A stretch of DNA of 32,000 nucleotides from NCBI RefSeq assembly GCF_002075285.3, contig NZ_CP021983.2, forward strand, positions 5,370,001 through 5,402,000, given 5' to 3'. The DNA is from Halomicronema hongdechloris C2206. GTDB lineage: Bacteria; Cyanobacteriota; Cyanobacteriia; Phormidesmidales; Phormidesmidaceae. This document shows positions 1 through 6,278 of the stretch, piece by piece. How positions within the stretch are numbered: position 1 is the first letter of the stretch; every line of letters starts with the position of its first letter. The notes below the pieces were generated by a model that saw nothing but the letters and a program-made list of their open reading frames with translations, had not been told where the DNA came from and did no database searches. The position numbers and the translations under genes are program-made.

Positions 1-302
1 GCAGCCATCCACAAGCTCGAGGAATTCGGCATCAGTACCAGGGCAAAGGAGCTGAGGATGGCCCCAGCTAAAAAGTAAGGACGGCGGCGTCCCAAAGGCC
101 CCCAGGTGTTATCGCTGAGGTTACCGATAATGGGTTGAATGACTAAGCCAGTTAAGGGAGCGGCCAGCCAAAGGATCGGAATTTGGTGGGCATCAGCCCC
201 GAGATGCTCGAAGATAGCGCTGGTGTTGGCCATTTGCAGCCCCCAGCCAAACTGAATGCCTAAGAAACCGAAGCTCATATTCCAGAGCTGCCAGAAGCCC
301 AT
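1..302 (-). CDS. MFS transporter (GPH / sucrose-H+ symporter-like), 5' part only; gene continues beyond the left edge
   Basis: Absent from the ORF track because it is truncated. Reverse-strand translation from ATG 302..300 gives MGFWQLWNMSFGFLGIQFGWGLQMANTSAIFEHLGADAHQIPILWLAAPLTGLVIQPIIGNLSDNTWGPLGRRRPYFLAGAILSSFALVLMPNSSSLWMA. That is hydrophobic TM1/TM2 plus the MFS loop motif G-x-LSD-x6-GRRRP. An alternative in-frame GTG at 317..315 lies 5 nt after GGAGG. Confidence 0.7.
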   Translation of the reverse strand, partial: MGFWQLWNMSFGFLGIQFGWGLQMANTSAIFEHLGADAHQIPILWLAAPLTGLVIQPIIGNLSDNTWGPLGRRRPYFLAGAILSSFALVLMPNSSSLWMA

Positions 303-768
303 TCTTTTTTGACTCACACTTACCTCCACTCCAGTGAACTGTTACTCTTTGCAGCCACAGTTCCTGGTGGCGGGTAGTAATAGAGTAAAAACACCATGAC
401 AACTAGGAATGACAACAGTCCCCTACGGAATACATTCCCTCGGCAGATAGTGAGACCGGTTAGCCAATCCTCAACGGCATGTCACGTTGGCAACAGCACG
501 GCACCGTTAGGAGCCTACGAATTGGGATTAACAGGTTATCGATGTCAATATAGGGGTTACCCACCCAGGGAAAGGACACGAGGCAACCTTGGCAGGGAAC
601 CTTTTACCAGCAGCCCTGGAGTCATCACCTTAACTCATTAGGAGTCAGTATTCAGACTCGGGGCCGGGCAGCTCAAGGACCTCCCTACCAGATTCCTGTG
701 AGGCACTGTTTTTATCCTAACGTGTTTTATTCGAGCTTCCCTGTTATGGGGACTACTGCCAATGGTGC

Positions 769-1824
769 CTATTTAGCTGATTGCGAGGCTCGCAACTGGC
801 CACAAGCGGCTGATTTCTCTAGACCGCGGGAATAGCGGACGCTTACGGCAATGTGGTGCTCTGCCAGGGTCTGAACAAATCGGCGAATATGCCGGTGGCT
901 GGGGCGCTGATAATCAGCTTCATCAATGGGATTGTAGGGAATTAAGTTGACATGGCTTTGAAAGCCCCGCAGGTGTTCTGCTAACTCGATGGCATGGTTC
1001 ACCCGATCATTGACACCTGCCAATAGGATGTATTCGAAACTGACCCGCCGCCCAGTTTGATTGACATACTCACGACAGTCATCCAGCAGGGCCTGGAAGG
1101 GATAATGGCGGGCACTGGGAATCAAGCGCTCCCGTAAGGATTGGTTCGACCCATGCAGGCTCACCGCCAAGGTGATTTGCAGTTGGTGCTGCGCTAGTTG
1201 TTGAATTCGCCCCGGCAAGCCAACGGTTGACAGGGTCATGGCGCGTTGACTAATTCCCACATCCTGATTGAGGCAGCGAATCGCTGCTACAACAGCGTCG
1301 ACATTCAGGAGCGGTTCTCCCATGCCCATGAAGACGATATGGCTGACTCGCTGTTGAAAGTCTTCTTGTACCGTCAGAACTTGATCGACAATCTCATGGG
1401 TGGCCAGGTTACGCAGAAACCCGCCTTTGCCAGTGGCACAAAAGTCACAGGCCATGGGACACCCGATCTGCGATGACACACAGACTGTGAGTCTTTGGGC
1501 ACTGGGAATACCAACGGTTTCGATGATGTGACCGTCGGCTAGGCGCAGTAGATATTTGACGGTGTCGTCTGGAGCGGTGACGCGATGATGCAACTGAGAG
1601 CGGCCAATGGGAATATCGGCCACCTGCTGCCGCCAGGCCTTGGGAAATACCGAGATATCGGCTAGGGAGCGGATGCCCTGGTGATAGATCCAGCGATGGA
1701 GTTGCCCGCCGCGATAGGCCGGTTGGCCTTGGGCAATAACCCAGTCAGTGAGCTGTCTTTGGGAAGCGCCTAACAGGGGCGTGAGGGATGTCGTCGGGGC
1801 GGAGGTAAGGGTGGCATCAGCCAT
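769..1824 (-). CDS. rlmN: Radical-SAM rRNA/tRNA adenine-C2 methyltransferase RlmN
   Basis: ORF 769..1869. It has the radical-SAM cysteine triad [20 protein letters not shown], and the C-terminal AACGQL cysteine motif typical of RlmN/Cfr. ATG at 1824 (MADATLTS...) is preferred over the upstream GTG at 1869. Confidence 0.9.
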   Translation of the reverse strand: MADATLTSAPTTSLTPLLGASQRQLTDWVIAQGQPAYRGGQLHRWIYHQGIRSLADISVFPKAWRQQVADIPIGRSQLHHRVTAPDDTVKYLLRLADGHIIETVGIPSAQRLTVCVSSQIGCPMACDFCATGKGGFLRNLATHEIVDQVLTVQEDFQQRVSHIVFMGMGEPLLNVDAVVAAIRCLNQDVGISQRAMTLSTVGLPGRIQQLAQHQLQITLAVSLHGSNQSLRERLIPSARHYPFQALLDDCREYVNQTGRRVSFEYILLAGVNDRVNHAIELAEHLRGFQSHVNLIPYNPIDEADYQRPSHRHIRRFVQTLAEHHIAVSVRYSRGLEKSAACGQLRASQSAK

Positions 1825-1984
1825 GGCAGCAACGTCGAGGCAGGTGACTAGGGCGACACGACAACACACGAGGTGAACTCGAGATAGGGTCCTATCCTAA
1901 CAATCTCTCAACGTGTAGTGTCGGCTAGCTCTGTATCAGGGTGAGGGGAGCCTCGAGTAGATCGGTAAGCCTAGTTGGCAGGCG

Positions 1985-2857
1985 TTAGCCTTGGTCTTGC
2001 CGATGGCGTCGCCGTCGACCTGGGGGCTCGTCATTTGGCGCTTCAGGCTGAGTGGGAGAATTCATCAAGTCCACTAGCCCTTCGGTGAGCATTTTGGGGT
2101 CCATGAAGACTACTTTGGAATTGTCGCTAGCGCTGAGTTTTTGGTTGGACTCAACATAGCTCTGGGCAATCAGGAAATTGAGGATCTCTTTGGAGTTGGG
2201 GCGCTCTTTCAGGGCATCAGACAGCATTTGGATGGATTTTACGGTGCCTTCGGCTCGAGTGATGTCAGCCTGTTGTTCTCCCTCAGCTTCTAGCACGGTG
2301 GCCCGCCGTTTCAGTTCTGCGGCCTGTTGCTGTTGCATCGATTCAATCACATCGGGCGGGGGTTCAATTTTTTGCACTTCTACTCGAGTTACCTTAACCC
2401 CCCAAGGTTCGGTGGCCTCGTCGAGTTGATCTAAGAGCGCCTTGTTCATGTCCTCTCGTAGGGAGAAGGTCTCTTCCAGCCGCATTTTACCGATCTCTGA
2501 GCGCACGGTGGTGATTACCAGCTCTCGAATGGCGGCTTCAATATCCTCTACGGCATAGTAGGTACGCTCTAGGTCTAGAATCTTCCAATAGACAACGGCG
2601 TCTACTTGCAGGGCAACGTTGTCTTTAGTGATGGCAGCCTGGGGCTGCACATCTAGAATGCGCTCTCGAATGCTGTCTATCAGGACGACTGCATCTAGCA
2701 TTGGGATGATAAAGTTGAGGCCTGGCTTCAGTTTGCCTCGATAGCGACCCAATCGCTCCACTAGGCCTTCATTGCCTTGATTAATGATGCGCACAGACCC
2801 AACGGTATAGGCGACAATCAGGAAGGCCAGAGCGGCAAAGATTGATGGGGACCCCAT
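1985..2857 (-). CDS. SPFH/band-7 (stomatin/HflKC-like) membrane protein
   Basis: 290-aa ORF. An N-terminal TM helix (IFAALAFLIVAYTV) is followed by an SPFH core (RIINQGNEGLVERLGRY, VDAVVYWKI) and a coiled-coil tail (QQQQAAELKRRATVLEAEGEQQ). Confidence 0.85.
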   Translation of the reverse strand: MGSPSIFAALAFLIVAYTVGSVRIINQGNEGLVERLGRYRGKLKPGLNFIIPMLDAVVLIDSIRERILDVQPQAAITKDNVALQVDAVVYWKILDLERTYYAVEDIEAAIRELVITTVRSEIGKMRLEETFSLREDMNKALLDQLDEATEPWGVKVTRVEVQKIEPPPDVIESMQQQQAAELKRRATVLEAEGEQQADITRAEGTVKSIQMLSDALKERPNSKEILNFLIAQSYVESNQKLSASDNSKVVFMDPKMLTEGLVDLMNSPTQPEAPNDEPPGRRRRHRQDQG

Positions 2858-2936
2858 GGTGGGTACGCTCCTGGTGCTGATAACGTGATATCGACAAGTC
2901 TAAAGCCTTCTTACCGATTCAGCGGCAAATTGGCCC

Positions 2937-3263
2937 TCAGGTGCTGGGCAGTTGTAGTGAGGACATCACCATGGCAATGAGGGCGATGATCCCGGCGATA
3001 ATCATCAGGCCAGCCGGCATGAATTTGCGGGTCTTGCGCAGGCGATCGATGAAAACGATGATGAGGACCAGGGTAACGATTAGGGCAAGCCACTGCCCCA
3101 GGAGATTCCCGCCGGCCCAAAGCACTCCGCCGAGGATGAGCAAGGCGCCGCTGATGAGGCCAGAGATGAGGGAGGGACGGCTGCGTACCTTGACGTAGCC
3201 CATGATGCCTCCCAGGATGGCAAGGATGCCGTATGCGATCGCAACCGCTGTGCCGAGTGTCAT
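2937..3263 (-). CDS. Small polytopic membrane protein, TMEM14/UPF0136-like
   Basis: 108-aa ORF made almost entirely of glycine-rich TM helices. ILAILGGIMGYVKVRSRPSLISGLISG matches the GG-x-GY-x-K-x-S-x-SL signature of the TMEM14 family as I recall it. Confidence 0.6.
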   Translation of the reverse strand: MTLGTAVAIAYGILAILGGIMGYVKVRSRPSLISGLISGALLILGGVLWAGGNLLGQWLALIVTLVLIIVFIDRLRKTRKFMPAGLMIIAGIIALIAMVMSSLQLPST

Positions 3264-3357
3264 CGATCCCCTATGGTGCTAACAGGTCGCCTCCTATCCT
3301 GCCAGGTTTACGGATTATCCGGCCTTACCCTCAGGCAATCGTTACATTCCCCTATCC

Positions 3358-4656
3358 ATGAGTGGACTTGCCCCCACCGTCATCGCCGACATCCAGCATT
3401 ATCGACAGCAGGCCCGCTCTCTGCTGTTGTACTATGCCGTCTGGGAAACTCCCCCTGGCCAGGCATTTCTGCAACTCCTCGATGCCCTCTACGCCAGCGA
3501 CAGTGATAGTTGCCTCCAAGCCTACGGCAACTGGTTTGCTGCCCTGGCCAAACCAGGCGAGAGCTGGTGCAGTCATCTACTGCAGCGCATTCTAGAGGCC
3601 GATAATCCCTTCAGCCACTGGAGTCAGCAGACAGACTTAGCCCATCTCCCCACTCCCTTGGTACAAGCTGCCCGGCACGATCTGCAGCGGCTGCAGAGCC
3701 TATATGGGTTTCCGGAACAGACTCTAGCCCACTGGGTCCAAACCCTGTGTCAATTACCCGAGCCCCCTGTGGTTTGGCAACTGCCAGAGCCAGCTCCATC
3801 CCTGAAACTCTTTCACCTGACCAATTGGAGCGACGGCCTCGACGAACTGGTTGCCCACTACCGTCACCACGGCACTGGGCTATTTGCCCGCTACCGGGCC
3901 CTGCGCTGGCAGAAGGGGCAGCTGCTAGGCATCGCCCATGCTGATCCCATTCGCCTAGACCAACTGGCCGCCTACGACTATCCCCGCCAGATCCTGATTC
4001 GCAATACCGAATTCTTGTTGGCTGGCCATCGCGCCCTTCATGTGCTGCTCTATGGCAGTCGGGGCAGTGGCAAGTCTTCCCTGGTCAAAGCCCTATTGAA
4101 CCAGTATCATCCCCAGGGGCTGCGACTGGTGGAAGTCGCCAAGGCTGACCTACAGGATCTGCCCCAGATCGTGGAGCAGCTGCGGCTAGTCCCCTTGAAA
4201 TTTATCCTCTTCGTCGATGATCTCTCCTTCGAAGAGGACGACGACGCCTTCAAAGCGTTGAAAGTAGTCTTAGAAGGCAGCCTCACCGCCCGCCCCGACA
4301 ACGTGGTGGTCTATGCTACCTCCAACCGCCGTCACTTGGTGCGGGAATTCTTCAGCGAACGGCCCCGTCCTCGCGATCAGGACGAAGTGCAGGCCTGGGA
4401 CACCCTGCAGGAGAAACTCTCCTTCAGCGATCGCTTCGGCCTCACCCTCACCTTCGAAGCCGCCGACCAACCCACCTATCTCACCATCGTCAAGCACTTG
4501 GCCAGCCAGGCGGGGATTCAGTTAGCCGACGCCGACCTGGAACGTCAGGCGTTGCAATGGGCCACTCGCCACAATGGTCGCTCCGGCCGTACCGCCGGCC
4601 AGTTTATTGACTTTCTGCAGGCGGACTTAGCGCTAGGAGAGGGAGACAGTGATTAG
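3358..4656 (+). CDS. DUF815-family P-loop (AAA-like) ATPase
   Basis: 432-aa ORF with Walker A LLYGSRGSGKSSLVKA, Walker B ILFVDDLSFEE and sensor VVYATSNRRHL. This order and spacing are characteristic of DUF815 (PF05673) proteins. Confidence 0.8.
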   Translation: MSGLAPTVIADIQHYRQQARSLLLYYAVWETPPGQAFLQLLDALYASDSDSCLQAYGNWFAALAKPGESWCSHLLQRILEADNPFSHWSQQTDLAHLPTPLVQAARHDLQRLQSLYGFPEQTLAHWVQTLCQLPEPPVVWQLPEPAPSLKLFHLTNWSDGLDELVAHYRHHGTGLFARYRALRWQKGQLLGIAHADPIRLDQLAAYDYPRQILIRNTEFLLAGHRALHVLLYGSRGSGKSSLVKALLNQYHPQGLRLVEVAKADLQDLPQIVEQLRLVPLKFILFVDDLSFEEDDDAFKALKVVLEGSLTARPDNVVVYATSNRRHLVREFFSERPRPRDQDEVQAWDTLQEKLSFSDRFGLTLTFEAADQPTYLTIVKHLASQAGIQLADADLERQALQWATRHNGRSGRTAGQFIDFLQADLALGEGDSD

Positions 4657-4879
4657 GAATGTTGTGGAACGATACATCTAACCCCTGCATTTGCTCCAGT
4701 ACGCCGAGCAGCGGGAGTGGAGACGGTTGGTGGCGATACCGGAGTCAGGGATTTTGATTGCCCTGGAGCAGGGAGAGGTATTTAGCTATCTGCTGCAGTA
4801 CCGGCAGTTAGGGTAAGTCTCAATGGCTAGGGACTACTGAAGTTCTTGGCCTTTGTTGGGGTTCAGGCTGTGACTATGT

Positions 4880-4909
4880 ATTGAAGAGAGGTTAATTGAA
4901 GAGAGGTTA
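4880..4909 (+). promoter_or_regulatory. Perfect 15-bp tandem direct repeat (ATTGAAGAGAGGTTA x2) 38 bp upstream of the vapB-like start; candidate TA operator
   Basis: Read directly: 4880..4894 and 4895..4909 are identical. They lie in the intergenic region immediately 5' of the antitoxin gene. The operator role is inference. Confidence 0.35.
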
Positions 4910-4946
4910 GGTATGCTAGGGGCAGGCTTACCTAGAGACGACAACC

Positions 4947-5168
4947 ATGACGTTGCAAGAGTTAATACAAGAGGCTCAACGCTTGAGTTGGCAAGAGCAG
5001 TTTCATCTAGCGACTCGTTTGTTGCAATGGGTTGAGGCTAAGATGCCAGTCCAATTTGAAAGTCAATCTACAAAACAACGTCAGCCAGATTTACATCCTG
5101 GGGCGTTTGTTGTCGCAGATGATTTTAATGAACCTTTGCCTGATAGCTTCTGGCTAGGTGAAGGATGA
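4947..5168 (+). CDS. Type II antitoxin (DUF2281-like VapB partner)
   Basis: 73-aa ORF. The C-terminal tail PGAFVVADDFNEPLPDSFWLGEG is typical of antitoxins paired with PIN toxins. Its stop overlaps the vapC start in ATGA (5165..5168). Confidence 0.7.
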   Translation: MTLQELIQEAQRLSWQEQFHLATRLLQWVEAKMPVQFESQSTKQRQPDLHPGAFVVADDFNEPLPDSFWLGEG

Positions 5169-5551
5169 AGCTTTTGTTGGATACTCACACGTTTATCTGG
5201 TGGGACAGCCAATCGAGCCAGATTCCTGAGGGCACGTTGGACTTATTGAAAAGCCCTGATAATGAGCTTTTACTCAGCTTGGTGAGCGTTTGGGAGATTC
5301 AGATTAAGGCACATTTAGGCAAACTTGAGTTGAAAGCGCCTTTGCTGGATATCGTTCAACGGCAGGAAAGCCAGAACGGTGTTGTGATTCTTCCTATCGC
5401 CCTTGCCCATATTATTGAGCTTGACCAGTTGCCCTGGCATCACAAAGACCCGTTTGATCGGTTGCTCATCGCCCAGAGTCGGGTCGAGGCAGCAACGCTA
5501 GTGTCTAAAGACCCAGCTTTTAACCACTATGACTGCCAAATGATTTGGTAG
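5165..5551 (+). CDS. vapC: PIN-domain toxin VapC
   Basis: 128-aa ORF with N-terminal MKLLLDTHTFIWW and acidic PIN residues (D6, E in SVWEIQIK, D in HKDPFDRLLIAQ). It is translationally coupled to the upstream antitoxin. Confidence 0.85.
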   Translation: MKLLLDTHTFIWWDSQSSQIPEGTLDLLKSPDNELLLSLVSVWEIQIKAHLGKLELKAPLLDIVQRQESQNGVVILPIALAHIIELDQLPWHHKDPFDRLLIAQSRVEAATLVSKDPAFNHYDCQMIW

Positions 5552-5562
5552 CAGTGCCCGAT

Positions 5563-5754
5563 ATGAGAGCGATCGCTGCTTATCCGGATGATAGGCCTTA
5601 TCCCAGCTACCTGATGTTTGACATGGTGAATCAGCGCCCGATTCATGTGGTGGCAGCAAAGGATAATGAAACTCAGACGGTTTATGTCGTGACTGCCCAT
5701 GAGCCTGATGCAAATCTCTGGCAACCTGACTTCAAAACTCGGAAAAGACCATGA
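5563..5754 (+). pseudogene. DUF4258-family toxin-like gene lacking its N-terminal ~40 codons
   Basis: AIAAYPDDRPYPSYLMFDMVNQRPIHVVAAKDNETQTVYVVTAHEPDANLWQPDFKTRK matches the C-terminal two thirds of DUF4258 proteins (YP-D-x-P-x-PS...HVV...VIT-Y-PD...W-x-DF-x-R). The usual HA-x-ER..ERGI N-terminal helix region is absent. The frame opens only at 5533, inside the vapC 3' end. The ORF-track start at 5545 is TTG and the first ATG is 5563. Confidence 0.55.
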
Positions 5755-5939
5755 TGTGTGTCATTTGTAAGCAAGGGCAAACCCAGGCTGGCTGGGTGAC
5801 GGTCACGCTGGAGCGTGAGGGGGCGATTGTGGTGTTTAAGCGGGTGCCTGCTGAGATTTGTGAAAACTGTGGTGAATATTACCTCAGCGACGAGGTGACC
5901 GGGGAATTGCTAGAGCGGGCGGAAGAGGTGATGGCCTAG
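5751..5939 (+). CDS. YgiT-type zinc-finger (MqsA-family) antitoxin
   Basis: 62-aa ORF with two CxxC pairs (CVICKQG ... CENCGEYY). The ATGA overlap with the DUF4258 stop (5751..5754) is the usual DUF4258/YgiT pairing. Confidence 0.75.
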   Translation: MMCVICKQGQTQAGWVTVTLEREGAIVVFKRVPAEICENCGEYYLSDEVTGELLERAEEVMA

Positions 5940-6278
5940 AGGCCGGTCTTTGACCAACGCTAGTGGTGCTGAGGTTGAGATTCGTCGCTATCAGCTTGAA
6001 GCCATTGCTCTGCCTGGAAGAAATTGAGCGCGATTCCCGAGTCGGGGATGTTGATGACGCCTGAGTAGGGGGAGGTGTTCAGCTTGTTAAGGCGCGATCG
6101 ACAGGTGGATTGACCGTAGCACAGTCAAACTCTAGAAAGTTCAGCAAAAGTGGGACGAACTTAATCCTTAATGTCTGTTTCGCTTTTGCTGATAGACCTT
6201 TGATTTTCCGAAATTTTCTCTTGCTGAACTGATGAGCTGGTTAAGATAGCGGTAAGCCATTCCTGATTCTGATGGAGC

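Noticed and set aside
319-768. 450-bp gap between rlmN and the MFS gene, containing an 81-aa plus-strand ORF (396..641), small hairpins and an ATGACAAC direct repeat. I considered a riboswitch or ncRNA, or a real small protein.
   Set aside because: The ORF product is Arg/Ser/Thr/Pro-rich and not protein-like. I could not match the region on either strand to the conserved cores of cobalamin, TPP, 6S, RNase P, tmRNA or SRP RNAs. It is left as an unexplained long leader. A covariance-model scan (Rfam) would be decisive.
4680-4816. A 45-codon open stretch (LHLLQYAEQREWRRLVAIPESGILIALEQGEVFSYLLQYRQLG) after the DUF815 gene.
   Set aside because: It has no ATG or GTG start, no ribosome-binding site and no recognisable family. 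It may be a gene fragment, but that is unsupported.
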